In this document: positions 40,391 to 59,020 of the stretch, piece after piece
Layout: every line of letters begins with the position of its first letter
How positions within the stretch are numbered: position 1 is the stretch's first letter
Source: the human T2T-CHM13v2.0 reference genome, Homo sapiens
Assembly: GCF_009914755.1 (NCBI RefSeq)
Contig: NC_060937.1
Length of the DNA: 64,000 nucleotides
Strand: one strand, 5' to 3'
Translations under genes and position numbers: made by a program
Notes under the pieces: model-generated
What the model saw: the letters and a program-made list of their open reading frames with translations, nothing else
Databases searched by the model: none
What the model was told of the DNA's origin: nothing

Positions 40391-43029
40391 GGACGCATTT
40401 CAGATACTTCAATCACATACGATGAGGCCATACTGAGCTATTATAAATTCCTTACACACCGGGTTTATTTGTGTGCACCTTTTCTCCTTTCTGCAAAGTT
40501 TTCTCTTCCCTTTCCGCCACTTTTTATGATAAATGGTTATGGCCCATTCCTTAAACACTCAGCTCAAATCTCACCTCCTCTTAGAAGCATTCCTTATTTC
40601 TCACTGTTATCCTCCCAGCTGAACTATTGTTCTATAGAAAGCACTTTACAGTTAAGAAACTTTTCAGTTGTTCACGAGTATCTCCTTGACAAGGCATACT
40701 GTCTATAGACAAGGGTATAACATTTTTTTATGTACACCTAGTGTCTATCATTATGCCTTCAACATTGTAGGCATGCAAAAAATGGTTAGCCAAAGAATAA
40801 ACACATGAATGTATTAAATACTAATTATAAAACGAATTATATTTATACATTTCCAATGTGCAAAGCAGATTATTAGGCATGAAGGTTTATAAAATGAATA
40901 GTTCACAGACCCTAATCCTGGGAAGCTCACATGACACACAGGGAGATAGATATAAGGCAATTAAATTAAATTCATGTCAAAAGATGACAAGGGCTGTAAC
41001 AGAAATCAAAACAAAGTGCAGTGGGGACACAGAAGAGAAGGCAATTAATCCTGATGGAAAAGAACAGAGTCCTGATTATGGAATTTGATTTTAACTGGCA
41101 GGAATGAGTAGAAAGTATGTCTAGGCAGAGGAATAAGCACATAGAAGTTGGGGGATGCAAGAGAAGTTTAAGGCTACACTTAGTTATCCAGCATGTCTAG
41201 GATATAGTCACATGGAAGGATGTAGAGCTAGATAGGCAGGCTAAGTCCAGAGTGTACAGTCCTCGTTGCCATTTTGGAGTCTGACTTTCATTTCATGGAA
41301 AATATGAAACCATCGGAGAACCAATCATCTATCCATTTCAGAGACAGGATTGGAGAAGATTCTCTAAATGGATGTTCCAAAGATGGATGGAAGGGAAGAG
41401 ACATCACATTCATTCATTTGTTTAACAAATGTTTATCAAACATCCACCATACTCCAGGCATCATGCTGGAAGTAGGAAGTTCAAAGATATATCCCTGCCC
41501 TGAAGATCTCTCTGTTTAGCAAAGGAGACAGAGATGGGAATATGTAATTGTGATAAAAAATGACAGGTACAATACCAGAGCCTGTTCTAGGTCAGTGGCT
41601 CTAAACTTAACCATCAACAAAAGTTTTTAAGAAGACACATTCTAAAACATACAAAAATAGAAACAAAAAACAATGAGCTAAAGGTGAAAAACAGTACCTT
41701 AAAAACACTCTTGGATTTTATTGGTTAATAATGCAAAACCCTTTTTGTTCTCATTAAAAATTAAAGAAGGATATTTTGGGAAGAGCAATGTAATCGATAC
41801 ACTTTATTATTTGTGTGATTTAAAGGTCTCCTCCTAAATTCAGTTTACTTTGCTACTTTATTTCAATGCCTAGCATCTCTGAAAAAGAACTCACAAACAC
41901 ATGAGATCCAAATGGAAGAAGTGCAATACTGACTGCATTCCCTGTAGTTCAACATGCATTTTTCAATCTCATTTATCAAACATAGAAAGGCTCTTTTGCA
42001 CCCCACTTTATGCTTATGGTGGCACAAAGAAAGGAATCAACATCTGCTTGTGGAGAAGAAGAGGAAAGGATCTAAGATATTTTCTTAGAGGAAAACACTT
42101 TGATTTTCATTTTGAAGATAAAGTATGAGTTTTCCAGGTAGACTTGACAGGGAATTCCAGGCAGCAAGAGCTGCACAGAACAAGTTGGGGAGTAATAGAT
42201 ATGGTATGTGATACCTGGGAACCACAGGCAGCTCATATGGCTTAAGCATACGTGGGAGAGAAAGGTTGGTGGAAGACAAGTGAAACAGATAGTGGCAACG
42301 GGAGTCATTGCAGGGTTCTGAGCAGAAGAGCAAGTAATCAACTTTATTAGTAGAAACATGTAAGGCATGGAAAGGAGAGATCAGAGGCTGAGTTCTTAAC
42401 CAGGAGGCTACTGCAATAGTTCAGGCAAGAAAAGATGAGCAATGGACTGGTTCTCACTGCTACAAGCATGCTGTCACGAATGATTCTATTCCCCTAGTGA
42501 GAGACCTTAACTTGGCTTGGTCCCATTAGCTGTTGGCTGTAGTCCTATTCCAAACTGTCACTTGACCAAATTCTTACAACCCTCTAATTGCTGTAATGTG
42601 AAAGGTTGGCTATTACTTCGCTTACAGATCAAATCTGCATTGGGTCAATTCATCCACCAACTCTCCAGAATAGACAAAGTTGCTGAAATGCCAGAATGTC
42701 TCACCACAAATAAACTACAATTATGAAATTAATAATTGCTGCCAAACATATCAGCGTTTGAGTTCTCCTCAAGTAGTCTCCCATTTATTCCTTATCACAT
42801 TACCCTTTAAAAATATTTATATCATTTTCACTTTATTAATAGCATCAATATTTTCCTGTTTATTAAATTATTTGTTCATTGCCTATCTTCTCACCACTAG
42901 AAAGAAAGCTTCATGATAGCAGTGACCTTGTCTGTCATTCTGTTCATTGTTGTATTCTCAAGAACAGTACTATGGACATAAGAGGAACTCAATAAAAGTT
43001 TGTTGCAATAGATCTCCTTTACCACCAAA

Positions 43030-43444
43030 TGCAACTATACCCCAGCTACTGCAGCAGTGACTTCTGAAAGCTCAAAGTTAAACCTTTCTCTAGAGAATTT
43101 TCTTCCACTAATGGGAGTTACCTCACCCAGAAATGCTTGGGAGGTCACAGGTGCCTGCTTCCCTTTCTCCCTCAGGGCAGCCCTTAATCAATGACTTAGA
43201 GATATGAGGGTGAAAAAGGCTGGCACTCTTGCTTCCAGGTGGGGTAACTGAGTAGTAACATTCACGCTCCAGAACTCCCTGTGAAGAGGCTGAGGCCAGC
43301 CTTCAGCTAAACCACCTCTTTTCACTGGCCTTATCCTGAGTCCTTCACTTCCTTACAGATTTCACCTAAAAGCTGTCCCTCTAAATCATTTCCACAAACA
43401 TTTCCATCTCTGGTTCTGCTGCTAGGGAACCCAACCTAAGATAT
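43030..43444 (+). mobile_element. LTR16-like ERVL LTR
   Basis: 3' end 'ctctggttctgctgctagggaacccaacctaagata'; internal 'cagcccttaatcaatgact'. Confidence 0.65.
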
Positions 43445-43921
43445 CTGTTGACTGTTCGAATGAATGAAGATAAATGTATAAATAATTCTTAGATCTTCTA
43501 GCAATACTTTTAATTCTTCCTGCATAAAACATTATAGATACACCTCAGTTAACGGAAATTAGCTAAGGAAGTTGTGAACTGAACAACCCATAAATAAATA
43601 AATCTACTTACTACTAATTTAAGCCCCTCATCCCATCCCTTTCTGCTCATTTGTCACTGTTGCCATCATCTGAAGATTCTGGCTAAAGCAATAAGGAATG
43701 GCATTTTATAAAACTAAAACAAAACAAAACAAAACAAAACACCATTTTAAATCTAATTGAATAAGGAGAAAGTTGGGAGGTATCTTCGTCACTCTGTCTG
43801 CTTACCTAACAACTCTGTAAGAAACCTGCAGCTGGTGCTGACTAGAAAGGTCCAAAGAGAGGAGAGCAGGTTTAAGTGGTTAGGACATGATGTTAAACAT
43901 GTTAAGATAATATATGATTGA

Positions 43922-44266
<345 letters not shown>

Positions 44267-44268
44267 TA

Positions 44269-44970
44269 TTTTTTTTTTTAATTATACTTTAAGTTCTAGG
44301 GTACATGTGCACAATGTGCAGGTTTGTTACATATGTACACATGTGCCATGTTGGTGTGCTGCACCCATTAACTTGTCATTTACATTAGGTATTTCTCCTA
44401 ATGCTATCCCTCCCGCATCCCCCCACCCCATGACAGGCCCCAGTGTGTGATGTTCCCGGCTCTGTGTCCAAGCGTTTTCATTGTTCAATTCCCACCTATG
44501 AGTGAGAACATGTGGTGTTTGGTTTTCTGTCCTTGTGATACATTGCTCACGTACAGAATGGGAGAAAATTTTTGCAATTTACCCATCTGACAAAGGGCTA
44601 ATATCCAGAATCTACAAAGAACTTAAACAAATTTACAAGAAAAAATCAAACAACCCTATCAAAAAGTGGGCAAAGGATATGAACAGACACTTCTCAAAAG
44701 ACGACATTTATGCGGCCAACAGACACATGAAAAAATGCTTATCATCACTGATCATCAGAGAAATGCAAAGCAAAACCACAATGAGATGCCATCTCTCACC
44801 AGTTAGAATGACGATCACTAAAAAGTCAGTAAACAACAGGTGCTGGAGAGCATGTGGAGAAATAGGAACACTTTTACACTGTTGGTGGGAGTGTAAACTA
44901 GTTCAACCATTGTGGAAGACTGTGTGTCAATCCCTCAAGGATCTAGAACTAGAAATACCATTTGACCCAG
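44269..44970 (-). mobile_element. Truncated L1PA with 5' inversion
   Basis: 44269-44547 is the L1 3'UTR on the minus strand; 44548-44970 is the ORF2 C-terminus ([19 protein letters not shown]) on the plus strand. Confidence 0.92.
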
Positions 44971-46105
44971 AGTTGTTTTTATTTGTATTACAAATAAGGA
45001 CTAAATTTTTAAAAAATCCCTCTTCCATCAGAATATCACTGATTTCATCATAGAAATAATGATTTTCTTAATAAAATTTTGCTTTACAAGTGAAAAAAAA
45101 AGGATTAAAAAGTTATAACCTAAATTTATAATAGTGATCGACTTGAGGAAGAGGAGACCAGATTGGAAGTGGTGGTTAAAGGAGACCTCAGCTATAATTA
45201 TAGTGTTTTATTTCTGCAAAAGGAAGAGTAGAATCAAATTTGGAAAAATATGAACAGTTGTTAAATCTGGGTGATAAATTTGGATATGTGTTATATATTT
45301 GTATTTACATTTTTTGGATTTTTAACGTTTTTCTCAAACTAAAAAAGTAAATAACACTTGAAAGGAATGTAGCTGTTCTCTAGTGGCAAGGGACATAACA
45401 AAACTAAGTAGAAAATACACACTGCATCTCAGTGGTTCTCAAGCTCCTTAAGCTTGTGATCTAGAAAATAAAGATGAAGAAACCCATAGACTCTTGTCTC
45501 CAGTATTCTTTTCCAAAACAGCCCTGACCACACCACTTGCTGGCATCTCCAGTTTCAGGAGTCTGTAGCTCTGACTCATCAAATCCATAACCCACAAATT
45601 AGATGACAGGATAATGTAACCACTTGGTGGGTACACTGAAAGAAAGGATATTACTGAGGTACCCAGCTGGGGAGGAACATCATCTAAAGGACCACAGGAA
45701 TTAATTTGGTAAACGTTTTTATGAACTGTCCAGGTGACGGAACAGAAAACAAGGCTATTAAATTTACTGATGACACTCCTCAAAGGAGGTGTGATTGAGC
45801 ATCAAAGTAAGTGTAATATTCCAGCGAAGTGAAATTTAATAAGGATATCACTATTGACAAAAATGGAATTAATATGGAATAACTGGCTGAAAAATGTGGA
45901 AAAATACTTTGGGATCAAGCTGAGCAAGGATTAGGAATATGATGCTAGAATTTTAAAAATCAAGTATTATAGTATATATAGGCTGAAGTGTAGATTGTAA
46001 CAATTGGTTTGACCCATAGTCCTATCATATGGATAATACTTTAGTGACATACTTACTGCAGTACTACCCTCACTAAAATACCATGGATTCAGCACAATAA
46101 ACTCA

Positions 46106-50015
<3,910 letters not shown>

Positions 50016-50038
50016 AAAAAAAAAAAAAAACTCAAGCA

Positions 50039-50270
50039 CAGTACAGTACAGTGGTTAGAACACAGGGCTGAAGCCAGAATGTATGAAGCTAGCTGTGTGA
50101 CCTTGGCCAAATTGTTTAACCTCTCTGTGTCTCAGCAGCCTCAATTGCAAGACAGAGACAGTAATGGTATTGATCTCATAGAGCTGTAGTGAGCAGTAAG
50201 AAGTTACAGTTTGAAAACAGCTTAGAACAGTGCCTGGCACACAGTAGCTGCTATGCAAATGTTAAATAAA
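50039..50270 (+). mobile_element. MIR
   Basis: 'agtggttagaacacagg...gctgtgtgaccttggccaaattgtttaacctctctgtgtctcag...cttagaacagtgcctggcacacagt'. Confidence 0.8.
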
Positions 50271-53089
50271 AAAAAAATACAAAAATTTAAATCAATTTGG
50301 AGATCATCTAGAGGAGTCAAAAATTATTACAAACCTAAAGATCTACATGGAAAAGTAGAGGAACTGCCATAATTCATTTTTTAAAAAATTAAAAAGGGGG
50401 GGCAGTAGAAGGCATTATTAATATGGAAACTACTGCCCAATTGCTAATAAAAATGTTTCCAAAACAGCCTTTTCAAATTTATAATGGGGAAGATGAGAAA
50501 GAGGGAGCAGCCTGGCTGTTCTGTGCAGCGGCTGACATTGGACAGGGCTCCAGTTCTCTAGTGCTCTTATCAGTGCTAAGAATGCTGTGATGACTCAATA
50601 ATAATTTTTTCCAGGAGACTTCAGAAAAGCTTTTACGTTTTCTATTTTCTGCCAGTATTTCTATGTGCTCTCTGGGACTCTGTGAATTTCAAAATTTATA
50701 CTGTCACATTCAGTTTTCTTCAGCTTGAGGAGAGCCTCATATATTGAATTATGTTGTGCTTTGTAAAGCATGTCATCATTCACTCCAGGATATTTGATTT
50801 AAGAGGGCAGAATTTGCTAAACGGTTTACTTCATTTGGTTTCATAAAGAAACTATGACAGAGGAAAAGTAAGTGTTTTAACAATAACCATCCAAAATGCA
50901 ATATTTTAATGACCTCAGTTGGTTAGAACACTTACATAACAGTTAAAGATCTATTATATACATAGAATTAACCTTAATTCTAAAACAAGCGTCAGTGCTC
51001 CTCGGTAAGCATGACTGACCACAGGGGAGCTTGACCTGGAAGTTTCAGATGAAATTAGCACATATCAAGTCATTTAAACAAATACTTACTGGACATCCAC
51101 TGTGAATTAAGAACCACACCAAGTACCTGCCTCATGATTGGTAGATCACACACAGGAGTTACTGTTAACTTCTCTTTTCCCCCCACCCTCCACATAGTTA
51201 TAAAGGCTAAAATTAGCCCTGTAAACCTATTTCAATATGTTCCTTCTTTCCACTCTCATTGTCAATATGTTTGCTCAGCACCAACAGTATGATCTGGATC
51301 ACCTCCTAGTGTTTTCTGTGATTCAAGTCCTGCCTGTTTTCAATAACCATAATGCTGCTTTCTCTGTGCTCCACTTAGAAAACTCCTACTTACCCCTTAA
51401 GACTCAGTTTGAGTGCTACCTTCTCCACATCACCTTCTACCATATCACAGACATGTATTCTGAGAGTTCAGTGTCCCTCCTCAAGGCTCCCACGACACCT
51501 GCACATGCTCTATCATAGCTTATATACAATAACTGTACCATAAATGTTGATGCATTTTCACCACTGACAAGCAAGCTGTACTAGGTCAAGATGGATATCA
51601 TCATCTATACGTCATCCAGTGCCTAAAACAGACACTGCCAAACAAAATGAATAGATATTAGGCGAATGAATTAACATACAGTGAATAAACCAGGTTCTTG
51701 CCCTCAAAAAGTTCCCTATTTAGTTGGAGAGGCATGACTGGGCAAAGAGGAGGGGATGGAAATAAGACATAGAAACTACTACAGTGCAAACCAATGTTTG
51801 ATAAGAAAGTAGGGTATACGGCAAGAAGCTAACACTTATTATGTTGCCTAAATGTTTAGGTATCTAAAGGTGCCAGACACTGTGGTTGGCCCATTGCACA
51901 CATTCTCTCATTTATTCCTCACAACAACCCTGCAAGCTATTATTATTTCAATTTGATAGGCAGGGAAATTAAGACTCAAGGAGTTCAGGGCTCAGAAAGG
52001 TTAGTGAAGACTGGATTTGATCTCTAAAACCCACGCCCTTTCTATCACAATGGTACAAATTCAATTCTGTGGAGTGTCAGAGGAGGGAACAGTTACACCC
52101 AGAATGAAGAAAAATCACAAAAGGTTTTATGTAGAAGTAACAGTGGACCAAACCTTGAAGGGTTGGGGGAGAAAGGAGCTACATTTTAGATGGAGGAATA
52201 AAGAAGGCATGCATACAAATTCAAAACTTGTGAGTAGGACACTGAATAGTCTGGAGTAAATTGAGAATATCTGCAGAAAATCTCACTGAAAGAGAAAGTT
52301 GGGGCTACCCTGGGAGACCTGGGAACTCCCAATCTAAACACCACTATTAGAAAAATAACCAAGAGCATAGGTCATGTTAATGATTGGACCTGTGCTGTCC
52401 TCTTCAATTATGAAGGATAGCAAATGAAAAAAAACTCTGGCAGTATAAGTATTTCAGAGCCCTAAAATAAGTCTGACTTTAATCTTGTCTAAAATTTTAA
52501 TTTTAGACATGTATTTTTAACCAAGGAGGAAATACAGCTACAGAAGTTAACATATTCAAGTGTCCTCTTAATGTCAAATTAACATAACATCATAGAAAAA
52601 CAAGTAAATAGATTCACTTCACAAATGGGAGCCATATATTCTCTTCTGTTTTAAATGTATACTTTCAAAAGTAATTACTTTCATTAATCTTTTAAATTAC
52701 ATATATCATTCTCTCCAGACATCTTGATTTTAACTAAATCCATGAATTGCCCAGCTTGCTGGCATTATGAAATCTGATCATCAAAACATAACATGGCCAT
52801 ATTTAAAAGTACACTGGTTGTGTTTTGTGTATGTTTGCTGACAGTTTTACTTATCAATACTATGTTTTGAATGGCCCTTATAACTAATTTGTTCAAATGA
52901 CATTCATAAACTAAGTGTGACTGATTATTTAGATGGTAACATCACAAATCCATTGAAAGGAATCTAAAATAAACAAAGTAAAGATCTTAAGTGGATTATC
53001 CATAGATTAGAGAAGTCTTAAACATTCTTTATAGACTGCCTTTTTTAGGTCTTTTAGACATATGTTTCTCTTAAGGCAATTTTATGAGC

Positions 53090-53165
53090 TAAAATGTTAT
53101 AGCAAATGTAGCCCTAAAGCTGTATGTAAAATGTTATGGCAAATGTAGCCCTAAAACTGTATATA
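53090..53165. repeat. 37-bp tandem duplication
   Basis: taaaatgttat(a/g)gcaaatgtagccctaaa(g/a)ctgtat present twice. Confidence 0.9.
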
Positions 53166-53239
53166 ATAAATAAAAAATTCCCCACACTGAAATTAGTAGG
53201 AGTGTCAGTCTAGTCAGTAAAAAATCTTCAGTGTATGTA

Positions 53240-54442
53240 TTTTTTTTTATTTTGAATTTTTGTAGGTACCGATACTGTTTGGCTGTGAACCCATCCAAAT
53301 CTCATCTTGAACTCCCACATGTTGCGGGAGGGACCCAGTGGGAGCTAATTGAATCATGGTGGCAGGTCTTTCCTGTGCTGTTCTCGTGATAGTAAGTCTC
53401 AAGAGATCTGATGGTTTTAAAAAGGGGAGTTTCCCTGCACAAGCTCTCTTCTCTTGTCTGCCACCATGTGAGACATGCTGTTTGCCTTCTGCCATGATTG
53501 TGAGGCCTCTCCAGCCACATGGAACTGTAAGTCCAATAAACCTGTAAATTGCCCAGTCTTGGGTATGTCTTTATCAGCAGCATGAAAACAGACTAATACA
53601 GGTACATTAGTAGGTGTGTATATTTATGGTGTACACGAGATATTTTGATACAAGCATGCAATGCATAATAATCACATCAGGGTAGATGGGGTATCCATTA
53701 CCTCAAGCATTTATCCTTTGTGTTACAAACTATCCAATTATACTCTTCTAGTTATTTTTAAATGTACAATTAAATTATTTTTGGCTATAATCACCCTGTT
53801 GTGTGGGCAAATACTACATCATATGTATTCTATATAACTATATTTTTGTACTCATTAACCATACTTACTTCCGCAACACCCCACTATTCTTCCTAGCCTC
53901 TGGTGACCACGCTTCTGCTCTCTTATCTCCACGAGTTCAATTGTTTTAATTTTTAGCTCTTACAAATAAGTGAAAACATGTCAAGTTTGTCTTTCTGTGC
54001 CTGGCTTATGTCGCTTAACATAATGACCTCCAGTTGCACCCATGTTTTTGCAAATGACAGGATCTCATTCTTTTTTTTATGGCCGAATAGTACTCTATTG
54101 TGTATATATATCACATTTTCTTTTTCCATTCATCTGTTGATGGACCCTTAGGTTGCTTCTTCCAAATCTTGGCTATTGTAAATAATGCTGCAATAAACAT
54201 AAGAGTGCAGATGTCCCTTCAATATACCGATTTTCTTTCTTGTGGGTATATACCCAGCAGTGGGATTGCTGGATCCTATGGTAGCTCAATTTTCAGTTTT
54301 TTGAGGAACCTCCAAACTGTTCTCCATAGTGGTTGTACTAATTTACATTCCCACTAACAGCATACAAGGGTTCCCTTTTCTCCACATCTTCATCAGCATT
54401 TGCTATTGACTGACTTTTGGATACAAGCCATTTTAACTGGGT
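53240..54442 (-). mobile_element. L1MA 3' portion with a nested THE1B
   Basis: Reverse L1 3'UTR and ORF2 end ('gaggaacctccaaactgttctccatagtggttgtactaatttacattcccac'). Confidence 0.88.
53270..53600 (+). mobile_element. THE1B solo LTR
   Basis: 'ggggagtttccctgcacaagctctc'; perfect 5-bp TSD ggtac at 53265-53269 and 53601-53605. Confidence 0.93.
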
Positions 54443-55584
54443 AATATATATATTTTAAACAGAAATCGAGACTTTTCACTTCCAACTTTACATAGTAAAT
54501 AACCAATATTGTTGGAGATACTTAGGGCCCTTGTTAAAATGAATAGATATTTTATTTGTAATACTATTATCAATCAATAATATAGTAATGGGTACTATAA
54601 AATATAAATATTTAGCTTTGAAATTTTTATTATATTTTCAGTTTAGTAATTTTTTTCATAGATAACATATCTATACTTTTATCTAGCCACTTTCAGAATT
54701 ACTATAGAATATAAATCAGCAGCATGCAACTCTTTACAATTTATGGATCATTTGTTATTTTGTAACAAATGGTTAGTATTAAAGACATCCTAGGCAGAAA
54801 GTAAGGCATGGTATCTCTAATCCTTTAAACTTTTAAAAGCATCATGAATACCATCTTCTTTTTGCCCAATGAAAGATATTCAAATACAGAGCTAAGAAAG
54901 ATATTATTATATAAATGACCCCAACTGCTCCTCTTAGAGATGAAAGAACTGAGACCCAAAGAAAGACTCAAAAATATATAGCTTCAAATGAGCATACTAT
55001 AAAGATTGAAAATCAATAATTTAGGCATTCACATCAAAAAGTTTTTTAAAAGAACAACACGTGAAATCGAACGAAAACAAAAGGAAGGGTATAATAAAGA
55101 TTAAAATCAGAAATTATTGAAATAGAAACAAAACATACAAAAGAGAGTTTCAACAATGCCAAAAGTTGGTTCTTTGACCAATAATATTAATAAACCCCTG
55201 ACAAAACTGATTGAGAAGGCAAACAGCAAATACCAGGCATAAAAATGGGAATATCATTACTAAGGACATTAAAATATCATAAGATGATATTCTAAATAAC
55301 TTTACGCCAATAATTAGAGGGAACAGATCCTAAAACAACATTTATCAAAGCTTCTCATGGCTAATAAACATAATGAATCCATGACTAAAAAGCCTGCTTA
55401 TAAAGATAATGGTGGTAACATACACCTAGAAATAATTACTAATACTTGTTATATTTCATTGTCTCCTTTTTCGCTGGTTATGACCATAATCTAAAATTAG
55501 AATTGACTGAGGCAGTTCAGCCTAATATATCTTTCTAAAAATATATTTTGTTGTTCAAAATAAAGGAATGGAGAAACTGCCCTC

Positions 55585-55966
55585 ATGATATGAAGAAACT
55601 CTCATGTAAAATGACTTTCTTTTTCCTAGGGTATTATCTTGAGAGCTGATTTTAATTTCCAAAGCCATCCTTAAGGAAAAAATTGGTTTTTGGCTTATTT
55701 TTAAATATTAAATTTAAATTCACTTGTTTTCACTTTAAGTTGATAGTATATACTTATATGGCATCTGTATATACATCTCCATGGTGAAGTGATTCTCATA
55801 AAAAGTGACTTCCTCTTTTCTGGAGTATAAATTTCAATGACATTTTCAACTTTTGAAGCCATCTTTAAGAAAAAAAGTTTTTTCCTTATTTTAAAATATT
55901 AAATTTAAATTCATTTGTTTTGCTCTAAATTGATACTATACACTTAAGCAGCATCTGTATATACAT
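55585..55966. repeat. Diverged tandem duplication, unit about 190 bp
   Basis: Both units contain 'aagccatc.ttaag', 'aaatattaaatttaaattca.ttgtttt' and 'gcatctgtatatacat'. Confidence 0.85.
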
Positions 55967-56574
55967 TAAAACTGTCAAGTAATAAAATATTTTTAAAGGA
56001 ACCCTCACTCTACAGCAGGAGGTAAACACTATGCAATCAAAACAGCACAAACTCTGCTAAGAATGAACTGCAATTCTCACTTATCATCCTTAAATATAAA
56101 ATATTGGTCTTGCTATGTGCCCTGTAACTCAAAAGTTGGAATTATGATATGTTACAAATATAAATTATTCAAGTGAGAACTAGCAAACTAGTTGAAAATT
56201 CTGATTCTTTCATTATATTTCCAACTTTATCCATGTGAGAGGAAAAACTAATTGAATAGCTTAAAGGAGAGGAAAAAAAAAGAGAGTGTTTCAGATTCAG
56301 GGGAACATAGAAGATTGAAATAATTACAAGTAAGAACAGTATTACAGCTCCTGTAGGATTATGTTTCTTATTTCTTCCTATATCTCCTATAATACACAGC
56401 CTCGTAGTTTTAATATGACAAATACTTAAAAATTTTTTGAGTTGAAAGTCCTAGGTTTATATAATACATCGTTCATACAAAGAACCATGAGAAGATATAA
56501 AAATAGTGTGGTAAAAATTTGGATGAAGCTGGAGTAAAAGAACCAGTATTAGTCTTCTTTTCAAAAAATAATTA

Positions 56575-56819
56575 CAACCTTTATTTTAGATTTAGGGGGT
56601 ACATGTGCAGGTTTGTTACATGGCTATATTGTGTGATCCTGAGATTTAGGGTATGACTGATCCTGCCATCTACACAGTAAACATAGTAACCAATTGTTAG
56701 TTTTCAATCCTTGCTCCCCTCCTTCTCTCTGCCCTTTAGCAGTCCCCACTATCTATTGTTGCCATCTTTATGTCCATGGATACTCAATGTTTAGCTCCCA
56801 CTTATAAGAGAGAACATGT
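56575..56819 (-). mobile_element. Old L1PA/L1PB 3' end
   Basis: 'ttattttagatttagggggtacatgtgcaggtttgttacatgg...tttagctcccacttataagagagaacatg'. Confidence 0.85.
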
Positions 56820-57399
56820 AAGATCCTATGTTCTTAAAGCACTAGAAAAGGCTAGAAATTTTCTGAAATATGTGGTTGACCTATATAAAATTTAGGAAAT
56901 GAAATGATGGGTGATAGAAGAAAGAAACATGGAAAGTTGGGAGTGGGAATGTGGGGGACAAGTAATATGACAATGAGAAGAGGGCTTTCTACGGAACAAA
57001 TTCTTAACATTTAATGCCTAACATATTGAGAAGAATTATATTTAGCTTCGCCAATTCATGGATCTAGCTTTGTAATTACAATTCTCTAATATTGGCAGAA
57101 ATGACGGTAGCAGAAAATCAGGATTAAAAATGTATTGTAAACAACAAAGAATACCTTCTATTTCCAGATAATGTAGAATGAACACTATATAGCAGAGATA
57201 CTGAGGATACTGAGGGGGATGTTGAGGTAGATGAAGATAAGGGGAAGAATTTACTACGACGGAAGCTCATCATCTCACAAGTATGAAACAGATAACCTTC
57301 AGTTCCATTTCAAACAGCCATCAGCAAGTTAGAAGTATTTGAAGAAATAATGGTGTCTATTGACCTTGTTACACACTATTAACAATAGCAAATTTAAAA

Positions 57400-57528
57400 T
57401 TTGCATATATTCTGTTAAATTAATTTATTCCTAAATATATTCTTTATACTACTGTAAATAGTATTTTTAAATTTTTTCCCATTGCTATAGATACTAGCAT
57501 ATATATATATATATATATATATACGCTA

Positions 57529-57562
<34 letters not shown>

Positions 57563-59020
57563 GCTAGTATATATATTCCATATATATGGAATATATGGAA
57601 TATATATATGCCAGTATATATATTCCATATATATGGAATATATGGAATATATATATATGGAATACAATTGATTTTTGTACATTTTCCTTGTATCTTATGA
57701 CCTTGTTTAACTTATTAGTTCTAATGCTTTTTTTATATGTTTCTTAAGGTTTTTTATATACACATTCATGCAATTGTGTCATCTATAACATGCATGCCAT
57801 TTATTAAGTTTTCTTGCTTTATTGTGCTAGCTGGCACCTCCAGCATAATATGAGTAGTTAATATTCTTGTCTTTTCTCCTAATCATGAGAAAAATGTTTA
57901 GTCTTTCATTTTTAAATATGAAGTTTAGCTATAGGCTTTTTATAGATGCCTCTTGATTGAGGAAGTTTCCTGATATTTGTAATTTATGTGATATTTTATC
58001 AGGAATGGATATTGAATTTTCTCAAATGATTTTTCTGGTGGCAATTAGAGGATCATATGGTTTTTTATTTATTCTGTAAATGTGTTATATAATTTGATTT
58101 TTAAATGTTAAGCTAGCCTTGCATTCCTGAGATAAAACCTCCTTGGTTATGACATATTATTCTTTTTATATATTGTTGAATTTGATTTGTTAACATTTGT
58201 TAAAAATTTTTGCATCTATGTTCATAGGAAATTCTGAATTGTAATTTTATTTTTTTGCATTACACAGGTCTGCTGATAAAAAAACTCAGTTTTTGTCTGA
58301 AAATGTCATTATTTTGCCTTCTGAAGAATATTTTTGCCAAATATACTAATCTATACTGATATTTTTTTTCTTTCAGCACTTCAATTGAATTGTGGTTCAT
58401 ATTTATTTCTCAGGAGAAGTCAGCAGTCACTTTTATCATTGTTCCCCTATAGGTAATACGTCTTTTTTCCTCTGGTAATTTTAAAGATTTTTCTCTTGGT
58501 TTTTAGCAATTTGATTATATGCTATGTAGTGTTTTTTTTGTTTATTCTGCTTGAAGTTCATTGAGCTTCCTGAATTGGTGATGTTATCTTTTTTATCAAA
58601 TTTGAGAATTTTCCTACCATTATCTCTTCAAAATATTTTTCTGTCCCATTTTTTTCTCCTCTCTTTTGAGACTACAATTGTGTGTATGTGAAGCTGCTTT
58701 TTTAGGGTTGTCATTTTTACACTAAGAATTTCCAATTATTCCGTCATTATGTTCATTTTTCTCCCTTTAAATGTTTGAATCTATTTATGGCAACTGTTTT
58801 ATAGTCCTTGTCTGCTAATTCCATTATCCTGTCATTTTTAGTCTATTTCTATTGACCAATTTTCCTGCTTTTTTTGTATGTCTAGTCATTTCCTATTGAA
58901 TGCTTGACTCAATGAATGCTATGTTGCTGAGTGTTTGGATTTTGCGGTCTTCTTGGTTGAGTGTTAAGTTTTGTTCAGGTATGAAGTCAATTTACTGTTG
59001 AATCACCTGATTTTTTCAAG
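57400..59020 (-). mobile_element. Ancient L1M/L1ME fragments
   Basis: T-rich sequence with 'gattgaggaagtttcc' and 'gccttgcattcctgagataaaacc'; boundaries approximate. Confidence 0.7.
57494..57664. repeat. Compound (TA)n / TATATGGAA repeat with internal inverted copies
   Basis: (TA)n-cgctag twice, followed by tattccatatatatggaata units. Confidence 0.93.

Noticed and set aside
57168-57285. Plus-strand acceptor-like site followed by an acidic peptide (DTEDTEGDVEVDEDKGKNLLRRKL)
   Set aside because: Short, bounded by stops, with no recognisable homology.
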